A DNA stretch of 63,139 nt, counting the filler, from Phoronis australis (taxonomy: Eukaryota; Animalia; Phoronida): the NCBI GenBank assembly GCA_002633005.1. It is 11 parts of 11 records of this genome, joined end to end, with 100 filler letters (N's around TTAATTAATTAA, not from the genome) between each part and the next. Parts side by side here need not be neighbours in the genome. Positions count along the whole stretch, not along the records: positions 35,540 to 39,274 come from NMRA01002864.1; positions 39,375 to 43,462 come from NMRA01000907.1; positions 43,563 to 51,107 come from NMRA01000970.1; 8 more parts are not named here. One strand, given 5' to 3'. The notes under the pieces are model-generated. The model ran no database searches and was not told where the DNA came from. It worked only from the letters and a program-made list of their open reading frames with translations. Position numbers and translations under genes: made by a program. Position 1 is the first letter of the stretch. Each line of letters opens with the position of its first letter. This document shows positions 36,095 to 48,400 of this stretch, piece after piece.

Positions 36095-36850
36095 ATGGCT
36101 GCCGGGAAAGTGTCTATTAATTTCTGTCCCGCGGGAGAGTTGTTAGAAATTCCAGGGGTTTCCGAGGAAATTGCTCAAGATATTTTGAAGTTCCGGTCAT
36201 CCACTCAAATATTACCGGAAAATGTTAATTATATTAATTCAGGGTGGAAAGTCACTAAGGCGGTCCGCAATACTATTGATTTCAGCGTGAGTCCAGAGGA
36301 CGAATTTAACAAAATTATTGGGGCATGTGAGGAATTCGAGAAACATGCTTTTAAGCCTGCAAAAACAAAGAGTGCAGGTCACACTCCCTCTTCGGCAAAG
36401 ATGGCCGCAAAATTCCCGGGAAGCACAAATGCAAGTTTGGAGTGTAAATATGATATCAGATCACATGCTCCCAGTAAGCTAGTTTTTTCGGGAAAAAGGG
36501 GAACATGGGAGGACTTTCAATGGAAGTTCCAAAGTTTGGCACGTGATTATTTTTGGCCGACACATAAGTGTCGCACTGAGTTGGGTTTGTGCCTTGAGGG
36601 GGATACAGCTCGGTGGTTTTCCAATTATATAAAAGAATATCCGGGGGCAGAGTTTGATGACATCATCGAGATAATGTCTAATAGATTTGGGTCCAAGGTT
36701 GAGAGTATTGAGGTACATCAGCTTCGTTTCCATTCAGCATTTCAAGAGGGGGATGAGTCTCTTGAACAGTGGGCAGATCGCCTTACTAGTTTGTTCCTCA
36801 AGGCTTTTCCGGACCCCAGACCTTCGGATAAATCACAGTCAGTACTGAGG
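36095..36850 (+). CDS. Gypsy Gag with an N-terminal helix-hairpin-helix-like motif
   Basis: SINFCPAGELLEIPGVSEEIAQDILKFR (HhH-like); FSGK..WEDF..KF..LA..Y.W...L..CLEG..A.W...RFG...F....Q..DESLEQWADRL..L..KAFP (retrotransposon capsid). Confidence 0.8.
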
Positions 36851-36992
36851 GTAATTAGGTTTAGTATTTACCGGAAGGTGAGGGGAATCGGTTTCCAACA
36901 ACAACCGCTGCAGAGGAACCGCGCGTAACGCTGCAACCTGCCAGCGGTTATACCTGCATACCAAACCTGAAAAGCCAAAATAACACGAATAT

Positions 36993-37781
36993 CGACATTA
37001 TTTGCTGGGTCGGAATTTCCGCGTGCGGACGGATCATAACAGCTTAACATGGTTGTTGAATTTTAAATCTCCAAGTGGTCACATAGCGCGTTGGATTCTG
37101 CAGCTGCAACAATTTCCGGGTATGAAGATAGAGTATCGGCCGGGTATAAAGCATATTAATGCAGATGCACTTTCCCGTATTTCTGTAGATATTTGCAGCA
37201 ACTATAAACTGGGAGTTTCTCCAGAACAGCTTCCCTGCGGGGGTTGTGGAAAATGTCAAAAAGCTCATAATGACTGGTATAGTTTTTCACAAGAAGTTCA
37301 TGATTCAACATCTCTTGGTAGCGTGGTGGTCACAAAAGTAGATAAATGTATTGGTACAGGGAGACAGGTAATTACGGCTTCTGTTGGAAGTCAAGAGTCG
37401 GATTTGTCTCGGTATATACCTGATGATCTAGCAGAGCAGGAATTTGGATTGGCTGTGGTTAATCCAAATCTTTCGAATTCGAGTGATAGTGTTTTTGTGG
37501 AATCGGAATTTTGCGTTGTCAACAACAACTCGACCAGCTCAAACTCCTGCGGGTATCTTAATGAAGCTGAGTTGCCAATTAAACAAAAAGCTGATGTGGA
37601 TTTGACTTTTGTTTTCAACTGGTTAAAGGAACAGGTAGTTCCTACAGAGCACGAATTATTCCTGTCTAGTCCGTCAGCAAAGTTTTACTGGATAAACAAA
37701 GATCGGTTTTATATTCAAGGTGATGTGTTGTTTTGGAAGTGTCCGGAGGATGACCGAGGGTTAATGGTAATTCCTACATAA
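36993..37781 (+). pseudogene. Gypsy pol: RNase H C-terminus, Cys-rich linker and start of integrase
   Basis: RHYLLGRNFRVRTDHNSLTWL...ARW...IEYRPG.KH.NADALSR; LPCGGCGKC; Q.AD.DL..V..WL. Confidence 0.85.
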
Positions 37782-38342
37782 TTAAAATNNNNNNNNNNNN
37801 NNNNNNNNNNNNNNNNNNNNNNNNNNNNNNNNNNNNNNNNNNNNNNNNNNNNNNNNNNNNNNNNNNNNNNNNNNNNNNNNNNNNNNNNNNNNNNNNNNNN
37901 NNNNNNNNNNNNNNNNNNNNNNNNNNNNNNNNNNNNNNNNNNNNNNNNNNNNNNNNNNNNNNNNNNNNNNNNNNNNNNNNNNNNNNNNNNNNNNNNNNNN
38001 NNNNNNNNNNNNNNNNNNNNNNNNNNNNNNNNNNNNNNNNNNNNNNNNNNNNNNNNNNNNNNNNNNNNNNNNNNNNNNNNNNNNNNNNNNNNNNNNNNNN
38101 NNNNNNNNNNNNNNNNNNNNNNNNNNNNNNNNNNNNNNNNNNNNNNNNNNNNNNNNNNNNNNNNNNNNNNNNNNNNNNNNNNNNNNNNNNNNNNNNNNNN
38201 NNNNNNNNNNNNNNNNNNNNNNNNNNNNNNNNNNNNNNNNNNNNNNNNNNNNNNNNNNNNNNNNNNNNNNNNNNNNNNNNNNNNNNNNNNNNNNNNNNNN
38301 NNNNNNNNNNNNNNNNNNNNNNNNNNNNNNNNNNNNNNNNAC

Positions 38343-39056
38343 GTGAGTGATTATCAAGACGACTGGGATATGTTTATTCCGCAAATTGCTGGGGCGATTC
38401 GCTCATCAGTCAACCGACATACTGGTTTCTCTCCAAATATGATGATGTTGGGACGAGAAGTAAATCAGCCGATAGATCTTATATTTCCGGTGGTCACGTC
38501 AGTTAATAATCAACCATCTGGTGATTATGTCGGGAGACTTCAAGGGGCAATAAGCAAGGCTCATGAAACGGCGCGTCAATTTCTTCAAACTAGTCAATCT
38601 TTGATGAAACGGGACTATGATCTTTCAGTGTTTAAGCGCGTTTCATCTGGGTGATCTCGTGTATATCTTTGACTCGGCAACCGTGAAAGGAAAATGTAAA
38701 AAATTATCTCCTCCGTGGAAGGGGCCGGGTATTATTACGGAAGTCTGAACTCCAGCGTTGTACCGGGTAAGAGTTAAGAATTCAGTTTCGGTAGTTCATC
38801 ATGACAGAATAAAATTATGTACAACGCAATATACTGAATTGCCTGATTGGTTAAAAAGAGTCATTTCTGCTGGAAATGTCATCAACACCAATACTGGGAA
38901 TAGGGATCCGGAACTTTTTTGCATTTGTCGCAAGCCGGGGGGCTCATGATTCAGTGAGACTCTTGTGATGACTGGCTTCATGGGGAATGTGTTGATATTA
39001 CCGCTACTGATGCAAGGGAAATTTACACTTATTGGTGTCCTCTGTGTAAGCCATAA
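38343..39056 (+). pseudogene. Gypsy integrase C-terminus plus PHD finger (frameshifted)
   Basis: DWD..IPQI..A.RSS....TGFSPN.MMLGRE..P.DL, KL.PPWKGP, VVHHDRIK; then LFCICRKP-LMIQ*DSCDDWLHGECV..YWCPLC. Confidence 0.85.
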
Positions 39057-39919
39057 CATCATTATGATGTAATAATTACATAACCATGTTTTTGTTGTAG
39101 ATGTCCAGTTCGCGTGTTCAGATGTTCGTTTGCGAACGAACCCAGATCTTCCAATAGTGACCTTCAACGAAGGTGAGTCCGGGGCTGTTGAGGTAGTTCC
39201 TATGGATGCAGAGTCAGTAGTGGGTAAGTCAACTGAATGCCAAGGTGAAGCGGATTGTACAGTTGCGGCTGTAGNNNNNNNNNNNNNNNNNNNNNNNNNN
39301 NNNNNNNNNNNNNNNNNNTTAATTAATTAANNNNNNNNNNNNNNNNNNNNNNNNNNNNNNNNNNNNNNNNNNNNAGGCCCCCTTGCCCCCCCCCCAAATC
39401 CACCAATGTGATCTTGTGATTTGATGTGAAATTTCCTCCTAGATCAGATGTATTTATTTCTGAGCTGATGTGGTGTCTTTGCTCTTTACCTTTTAAGCTG
39501 TGTAATCCATTGTTTTCATCAAACATGATGAGCCTGTTCTATATGCTATAACAACACACTTAAACAGAAATATCTCTGTAGAAATCGATCCAAATTTTAT
39601 ATAATACACACCACCATGTTTGTCTCAATGAGTCGAATCTTTTTATATGCAGCACATGTGTATTCTTTTATTTTTTACGAAATTATAAAAAGGCATATAT
39701 TTTGCGCATAAACGTCGCACTTCAACGGCCATTTTCTCGTCAACCGCTCATCCAATTTTTCTGATTTTTGCACCATTTCATTTCTCACACCAAGGGCTTT
39801 TCAAAAATGTATGACACATGGGTATTGTAAAAAAAAATTAAAAAACGTTGTCCTCCCTAGTATTGGGGACGATCAGCTTTGTACAAGTCCTAATCCAAGA
39901 CAAAATTTGGCAAAAATAC

Positions 39920-40070
39920 CTTTCAGTCTCTCTACTGCCAAATCCTCAAATTCTTGAAGGGAAACGTTTTCCCTTGGTGGGAGGTCATAAAACTGCAAGA
40001 CCTGGCTATAATCACTTTTCTTTGATGCGTTGGCAATACGTTTAGATCTGGACGACCCAGAAAAATCCAT
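39920..40070 (-). CDS. PRIM2: DNA primase large subunit (p58), first coding exon
   Basis: MDFSGSSRSKRIANASKKSDYSQVLQFYDLPPRENVSLQEFEDLAVERLK, then G|gtattt; matches PRIM2 MEFSG...Y...LQFY..PP.ENISL.EFE.LA.DR.K. Confidence 0.9.
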
Positions 40071-40172
40071 TTTTCTTTCTTGTTTTCTTCCTACCTCTGC
40101 AAAGTTCGCGCCAGATTTGTACACATCTAGGTCATTCTCTTGAAGTCTCGCGTGAACTAAATCATAACAAAA
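40071..40172. promoter_or_regulatory. Putative 102-bp bidirectional promoter/5'UTR region
   Basis: Lies between divergent ATGs; contains E2F-like TTCGCGCC (~40105) and CGCG-element-like TCTCGCGTGA (40146-40155). Confidence 0.6.
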
Positions 40173-40229
40173 ATGGATGCTGGCGGAGCACTTGCTTCCG
40201 CATGGATACCCTTTGCAGTGGTTTCAGTG
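40173..40229 (+). CDS. LMBRD1: First coding exon, probably lysosomal cobalamin transport escort protein LMBRD1
   Basis: aaaATG MDAGGALASAWIPFAVVSV|gtaagt, phase 0; WIPF.VV resembles the first TM segment of invertebrate LMBRD1. Only 19 codons, so the identity is tentative. Confidence 0.55.
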
Positions 40230-40778
40230 GTAAGTGTGAATACGTGAGTATATCTAAAATACAAATGCTTAGGCCAAGATTATTGGCTTGAAGACGCAAT
40301 AAGAGTGTCTAAACGAATGTCAAAGTGACCATGGCAAAAATTAAAGCCCATAGTAAAGTTCTTGTCCTGCCGACCTGCCTGAAATCGTTGTGACTGACTT
40401 CGCTGTTTCAGAGTTTGCTCATTGCTGTTTCCAAATACACTATATATACTCATAGCCACAGGCATTTGGGCATGGAGCTGTAGTAATAGCAAAGCCCGAG
40501 ATTAACGGCCGGGGAATCAAACCAGCGACCCCGATAGAAGGATGCTAACATTCAACTACTCATAGTGAACCTAATTATCGGACGGAACCTAAATATTATT
40601 AGGGCGGTCGAAGTCGGCCATTTTGTTTTTGGATGGGTCATTTTCAATGTCCCAAGTTCCATTTTCAAAAATTTTTATTAGTTAAACTCCACATTCTTAA
40701 GCTACAAAAAGTAAAGTAACAGATTCTCAAATAAACGTTCTAAACATACAATAAATGAGTCTGACCTCTCTGCCCACT

Positions 40779-43380
40779 AAAGTGTGAAATTCCACCTTTG
40801 AATGAAGGTCCAGGTTCAGGAATCCCAGTCTCGTGAAACCGCGGCACCGACAAGTAGGCATTTTTCAGCTCTTTGCGCATGTTGGATTCACCAGCTGGGG
40901 GGGTGCATTAAATGTTTTTATATAAAAGAAAGGTCAAATTTTCACTTTCCGGACGAAGAATTTTTAATTTCGTCCTTAAACATAAAAATTTTGTTAAATT
41001 TCAACTTTACAGCAAAATAAATACAAGTTAAAAATTTTTTTTCAAAATTCTTCGTCCGGTTCTTTATAGGCCAACCTCCCCTTAAAATATTGGACTGAAC
41101 TGCATTCAAGTGTCACATGTCCCCGACGTGCGCAAAAGCGTTATGTGAGTGTATCTAAAACCGCTTTTGAAATATTGGCTGGTGACGTCACTTCTGCGTG
41201 TCGGTGATTTTGCCGTGCTGAACATCAACGTTTAAAAATTTTTAACGCGCGTGAAAATTTAACCTATCAAACAAAACTCACATTAACAGGTCCAAAAACA
41301 CTCAGTATACTATCTCCAAATCTTTTCATGGACTTCATCTGCATTTTCATACTCCACGGGACGTTTAATTTCGACCTTGAGCTCAAAATTCACCAACCAC
41401 CCAAAATGGACGGCATACTGGCAACTGAGTTTGCCCACATAGGATAGTCCTTACGAAGGGGTGTGAAGGTTATTTGTGTGCGAAAATATGGTCAAATTTT
41501 TGGAATCTTGATGAAGAATTTTTATTTTTATTATAAGTCCTATTTTTGTAAAATTTAAAATTAATTGGAAATTTCTACGTCAAGAAAAAAGAAAATTTTT
41601 GCCCTGTTTTATGAGTACACCACCCTCTCTAAATAATGCACCAATCGCAATACAAATGTAACCAGAGTTGAGTGCGCAAAAGATACAAAGTTTGATGAAA
41701 GCTGTGGATTTTTCCACTTCCCCGTGATTTGTCATGGCTGCCAAGTAAACAAATTATGCAGTGTCTTTGGAATGGATCACATCATATCAATTTTTAGGGC
41801 CATTTTGCACAGTGAAAGCCATTTTCATTTCAAGTAGAGTAAGGAAGTGAATTTTCATGAATTTTAACAAGTTACTGGAGTATTTTAAATGACTAACTGT
41901 ATGATTTTTAAGCTTGTATCAGTGCCTTCAACTGATTGATTTTTTATTTCAGTACAGATCACTTGAAGGGGTGCCTTCTTCAGTGGTACATCTTCCCCTG
42001 TACTGCCAAAATGAAGTCGCATTGTAATGAATTGCTGTGCCAAGCTGAGAACTGATTTCACTATTTCTGATTCAGTTATGAGATAACTAGAAGTTTGGAA
42101 AAATAAATGAGAAGCATGTTTTGTACTGATGAGAAAAAGTTTCCTTGATGATAACGTATCTTATGTAAAGAGGTCTTCATTTCTATCTCAGTCAAAAACA
42201 GTCACATTACATGTAATTGTGTTGTGGCTAACTACTTTTTCTATGTTCCACCCATGCAGTGGCAACAGTCTATAGCTGTTACTTATGTACATGTACGCCA
42301 CTGATATAATCATTAACTTCCCAAACATGACACAAATTTATTTTCATCTTCATTAAGCAGATCATCCAAGGCACTGGCAAGAAAAGATATTAGACAAAAA
42401 ACCCTCAGTTTTGACAAGATTGGTCAACCCTCCAAAATTTTGCTTCTTTCATATGATAATTAATCCCTGGCGTACGTTCTTTCAATTCCATTTCTTGACA
42501 TAGCTCAAAGATGATAAGTCCAATACAAAATGTTATCATTTTTCATTTAAGCAGTGAGTACAAAGGAAGTGACCTTTCAATTTTCTAGAGTGAAAGACTT
42601 TCAAGGTAGTTGAGGGTTATATCTACCATCAGTCAAAACTGAAATAATCTCAGTACAGTAACTATAATGTGTAAGCGAAAATGATCCAATCTTTTACCAT
42701 AAGTAACCTTGAATGCACAGTACTTTAGATCAATGGTATCCAACTGCACAAAATTTTCTTGACTATTAACTTGCATGCATGCACATAACTATTACCATGG
42801 CGACTGACTAGTATTTCCTTACACCAGAATTCCACAGCCATGATTTAAAAAAATATGAAGTTGCAAGTTACAAGGATTGGAGGCTTGAAGATTCACAATC
42901 CAACATAGCCTATTTCTTTTATTAAGATTCTTCATATAATATTATAATTTGCCTTCTGTTGATAACCTGAAGAAAGAAAGCAACAAGTTACAAAACACGA
43001 CTTCAAAGCATAAATTTGCCACAAAATTCAGAGAAATATGAATCATTTTGTGGTACATAATCAAGCCTTGAAGAGCAATTGGCTGTCAAAAAAAAAACAT
43101 TTCAAAAAATATTTCAACTTTTTTTAGCCGAGTGCAAGATCACCTGAATGGGAATTTCACAGTAAAATAATTAGAATATTCCTAATACTTTTTGCACAAA
43201 AACATGAAAATTGATCAGAGTTACTTTTTTGTAGCAGCGTTTGTCAAAATGTATCAACGTTAAATCTTCACAAATTACAAAGTAGCCGGTTGAACATGCC
43301 TTTCAGTTCAGCAAAAGTCGCCATGTTGTCGGTGCCGCCGGAAATGAGACTAAGTCCAGCGGGAATTCTCACCACTTTTA
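40779..43380. mobile_element. Probable non-autonomous DNA transposon remnant
   Basis: Imperfect inverted ends: AAGTGTGAAATTCC...AGTCTC...CGGCACCGACAA versus TTGTCGGTGCCG...GAGACT...GGAATTCTCACCACTT; no ORF. Confidence 0.35.
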
Positions 43381-43624
43381 TCACTAAATAAGTAAGAACT
43401 GCGATGCTTAAATTTGGTGAAAACTAGTGAATCGCGCAGAATAGTAAGTAAAGATATGTCTCNNNNNNNNNNNNNNNNNNNNNNNNNNNNNNNNNNNNNN
43501 NNNNNNTTAATTAATTAANNNNNNNNNNNNNNNNNNNNNNNNNNNNNNNNNNNNNNNNNNNNGTGGAGAGTCAGAAAAGGTAAATCGATTCATTGCAATG
43601 TTTCTCGTTTAGTATGTGGTATAA

Positions 43625-43788
43625 ATAGATTATTACATGTTCTCAGCCGTTATCCCCCTTATCTAGAGCCCTCGTGAATTTTGGAGAATTATCACCCTCG
43701 GGGCTAACGCCCCTCGGGCGATAATTCTCCAAAATCCACTCGGGCTCTAGATAACGGGGGATAACGACTTCGCCATGTAATAATCTAT
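43625..43788. mobile_element. Palindromic hairpin MITE (Crypton-like non-autonomous structure)
   Basis: ATAGATTATTACATG...TTATCTAGAGCCC..ATTTTGGAGAATTATC is mirrored across a small branched centre. Confidence 0.7.
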
Positions 43789-45446
43789 ATTTATGCATAA
43801 AAACAATCACGAAATTTGAAATTTACAGTAAAATTGCATAACATCAGAATACTTTAAGGCTTGGAATGACCCATGACAAAAAAGAGGATTTTTTACGGCC
43901 CTAAATACACGTTTCAATCTAAACAATACCTCAATAGATCGAAAGTTACTGTGTCGTGTCGGCAAAACACACTCATTTTAAGCAGTACCTGATATCTATT
44001 CCAGCAACAACAATGAAGGCAATTAGATGCAACAAAAAATATTTTTTAAAATTAAAATAGCAATAATGATGCAACATTTGCAGTCTGTGTGGCAGGAGCC
44101 TATTCTTGATTGGCTGCACTGAGGGACCCTATAAAATTATTTCAATTCTTTTGATTACGATACAAAATTACAAAAAAAAATGAAAACTGATGCATAGAAC
44201 ATCTAGAAATCCTGAAATACATACACATTTAATTCCAACAAAAAGTTTAATTCCAGTGCAAATGGAAAAAAGTGAAGACGAAAACCTGTGGTCGTACCCC
44301 AACTGTTAGCACGGAAAAATGAAAGTAAAAATAATATACTTCATAGAATAGCATCACTCACAATCCTAAGTTGGCCAAACTTTTCAGTTTCGAACAGTAA
44401 TTACAGGAGTTAGTTGTTCGTAAGTCACGCTGGTGTAGACGAAACTATGTGACATAAGATATAAAGTTCCATCAGGACACTGACAATAGTCAGGCAGAAT
44501 TTGTAAACAATGGCTTAGACCAATCAGATCATTCAGAATCTGTCAAGTGATCACCTCTCTAAAATTGCAAAAACTCGCATCACAAAATAGAGCACGAAAA
44601 CTGTCAAGATAAATTGAAGTACATGTACATAAAAGGCTATTTAAAACGCATTTACAGGAACGAAAATAGCACTTTGTATCCCGTCTCGGCGGCCCGTAGA
44701 AAATTACACTCAAAGTGGTCAGGCCTTATTTAGGGCTTAACAGCCAACGGCAACGGGCGTGCATGTGGGATCAAACAAAAGAATTTCATGCATCACTCAC
44801 ATCCTACGATTCCAATTCAACGAATAACCGGTTACAGTTGAATTTCCTTTCGGGGAGCGTTGTTATTTCTGGTGTTTCATTGTTTTCAGTCGATCCTCCG
44901 ACTCAAACTTAGTCCGAGGCGACTCGCCCACGCACTCTGTAATTGTTCAAAGTTATCAGAGCACAAACCATGACTTACGTTATTTTTGAATACATTGGCC
45001 GTTTCTTTTATCCACTTTTCTACAAAATATCATGTCTACTCCACGGTCCACGCATTTTTGACAACAGAATCGCACTATTTGTCGCAGCAAATTTACACCA
45101 AATGCAGACGCCATTGATGAACCACGCTATCCCAGGCACAGGGGCTTGAATTTATCTGATCCTCGATTGCCTTTTACGTCACCTACTACTAAGAAAGCAT
45201 GTTTCTTGTGTATGGTTACGAGTCATCGAGAAATTCGAGCGCCTGTGATCCGCAATTACAATTTCGTTCGTCCAAAACATAAAGAGTAGTTTCCGCTTTT
45301 CGAGCCGTCGGCAACGTCGCGGTGAGAAACCAATTTGCCGCGAAAGTTTTATGGCAATCCGATTTTTCCGCGGAAGGATAACGAAAATACGCGGAGGTGC
45401 TAAAAAAGCGGAAATCCGGGTTTCTGCGGAAAATTGCAAGTACAAC

Positions 45447-48400
45447 ACTGTTTCACGACCTCAAGTGTTTTCATGCAGGGGAATGCTCAACAAGCAGCAC
45501 GCATTTGCGCTCATACGTTATTGTTCTTGATCATCACTTCATTACGCTGTGTAGTGCGCTTTACCACAGATAATTACTGTTTATTTCTGTATAATTTCTT
45601 AACATGTTGGTACAGCAATAGACCCAAGTTTATTTAAGGAACAATATAAACAATGGTTTGAACATAGTGCTAATATTAAGATCACAGGCGCATGAAAACA
45701 GAAGACTTTGATAGGTTTATAGTGTGATCCATCATCCATCACCATTCTGAATATGTTGTCACTTTCGCAATAAAAATTGTTTCGAAGCTAGAGCCTTCCT
45801 ATCTAGCCAGTTAGCTGCATGAAGACTATTTTCAAAATACAGCAAGGTGCCACTGCGTATTGAGCTCAAACAGACCTCAAAACTTCACACAACTCTGATA
45901 GTTACGCTCGTCACCTCGTCGTGAAGGTTGTATCAACATGAGTTCAAGACCGGCGGGTGTGCATTCAAAATCTGGAAGACAATTGGAATTCAAGTTGCCA
46001 GTTACAGCCGTTTAAGCGAAAAACATCCGATGTTATCTTCTTGCGTAATTCACTGCCTTTTGTAACGAAAAAACGTATGTCGTCGTTTTGAAAATTAATT
46101 CTTGACACGCGCCACTTCCAAAATGTTTTCGACATCTCCCATTAGATGATGACAACATTTCAGCAAAATTTGTTCTAAAATTCCTCTCACTGATATCGAA
46201 ATTCCAAAAACATACAATGAAGTAAAACCAATTTTGATCATTTGTTGTGACGTTTACGCAACCTCGAGAGAGAAGGTGTTGATTGAAGAATCTGGGAAAA
46301 AGAAACTGGCAAATAGGTGACGTAATATTTCATTGCGTCGAAAGTCGACGCAAAAGATCACACCATAATTTTAGTAGCAGAATAATTGTAGAAAACCAAT
46401 TTTTGCAACGCTGGTAAATAATTTAGATTACGCTAGGAAGATTTTATTCGGTCAGTTTTTACCCACAACGGAACAAATCTGTATATTTAATTTAGTAAAC
46501 AGCTTCGCACCAAGGCTAGAGCCTTCCGAGCCTTCTGGCGTGAGAACACAATACTTGGCGTTTAGCGTATACTCCAAGGGGTAGAACTTTGAAAATAATA
46601 TTTTCGGGGTAGCCTGGTACATGTAATCCTAAAAAAGTAATCTGTGTTTTCATGTAGAGCGTAAAAATGATTAACCCGGTGATTCAAAAAGAAACGCCAA
46701 CGTCTCAGTCTTACAACGCTGCGTTTGCTTTGAATTTCTGATAAAGCGCTCACATGCTGGAAAGTTTTTAAGACTAAGCACCGTTAAAAAATGCATTTTT
46801 TTCATACAGCTGAGCACAGAAGAATTATTCTGCGATTTAATGACTGAAGCGGAAGCAAATCTCGAGTGCTGACTCGTTAGAATGTGAAAAGACTTTGGGA
46901 GGGGCGGTGACGATACAAGAAAGATTTTTTTTATTTTAGCGCCAAAGATGTAGTTGCCACTTCTCATTCAGCGTCACTTACTACCTAAGGTGGCCAGATC
47001 ATACGCTACCAATTTCACCAGACGCTTTGCTTCTCAAAAGTGCACCTTGATGTACTTTCTATCATGTTTTTGTCATCGCAATCGCTTTACCAAAGATTTA
47101 CGCATACATCAAACATCACGAATTTTTGTTCGACCGGTCGGAAATTGGTTGACGACCGGCCGTCGCCCGGTCGGCAAATTAGCCCACCGGCCGGCTAAAA
47201 ATTAGCCGACAGGCAGCTGCCCGCAGTGCCGACTCATAAGGCAACTCCCCAGCCGACCCTTCAGCCGACCCTTCAGCCGACCGGCCATCAGCCGACCAGC
47301 TGGTCTGTTGCTATTTTTAGGCTAGAGTAGCAGTTGCGTAATACATGTAGGTTGTCAGGCTGATACCACTTTGCGTGTAGATGCATATTCGTCTTTGCAC
47401 AGGGTCAGATAAACTAACCTAGTGTTGCTGTCTCGGTTACATGAGTTCACGTCGGTTGTGTAACACCACTAATTCGAAGGCTGAAGGCAAGCGGTAATAG
47501 TAAACATTGGATTGTGAGCAATGCAACAAGTTTTGGATGAAAAACGAGAAAGTTTTCTTTACATTTGATCTTTAATTTGGCTCGTGGCGTTAACAAGTTG
47601 TATTAGATTGGTTGCTTCCCGGTCAATACAACGCTGTATTCATTTTGTAAACGCAGCTATTTTTCGCAGTCTTTGCCCACAATTGATTTTTTATGTAACG
47701 CAAAACTGCATCTTTTTGCGTTTTTTAAGTTATTCACCGGTCTCCTATCACGCGCCTATGATGATGGATTAGTGAGTTGTTACACGTGAAGAGATCTCAC
47801 ACCGGGTATTTTATTTTCATAGTATTGACCCTTGCAGTACAGACACAAAATTCACGGTCAAGTATGCCCTAAACCATGGACTTTGATGGCTTTTACTCCA
47901 AAATCATACCATGGTGCGAAGCTGTATACTAAATTAAGTATACAACTTTGAGTAAAAACTGTGGGTAAAAACTGACCAAATAAAGTCTTCCTTGAGTAAT
48001 CTAACTTATTTACCGGCTTTGCAAAAATTACTTTTCTACAATTATTCTGCTGCTAAAATTGTATTGTGACCTTCTGCGTCAAGTTTCGGCGCAATGATAT
48101 ATTGCGTCGCGTACAGTATTAGCCAGTTTGTTTTTCCCAGATTCTTCAATCAAAGGTTATCCCTCGAGGTTGCGTAAACGTCACAACAGATGATTAGAAT
48201 TGGTTTCACTTCATTATATGTTTTTGGAAATTTTTAAACCGAATTTTAGAACAAATTTTGCAGCGATATTGTCATCCTCTAATGAGAGCTGTCGAAAAAA
48301 ATTCTGAAAGAGGCGCGTGTCACGAATGTACTACTTTCAAAACGACCACATACATTTCTTTGTTACCAATGCAGAGAATTACGCAAGAAAATGACGTCAG

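Larger units (their letters stand above)
35540..39274 (+). mobile_element. Ty3/Gypsy LTR retrotransposon, internally deleted and truncated by spacers
   Basis: LTR-like 35540-~35811, tRNA-Ser PBS, gag, RNase H end, integrase and PHD finger, in Gypsy order. Confidence 0.9.

Noticed and set aside
39920-40070. Orphan or transposon-captured PRIM2 exon
   Set aside because: It lies ~550 bp from an artificial spacer and has an intact donor and promoter-like context, so the remaining exons are probably on another scaffold.
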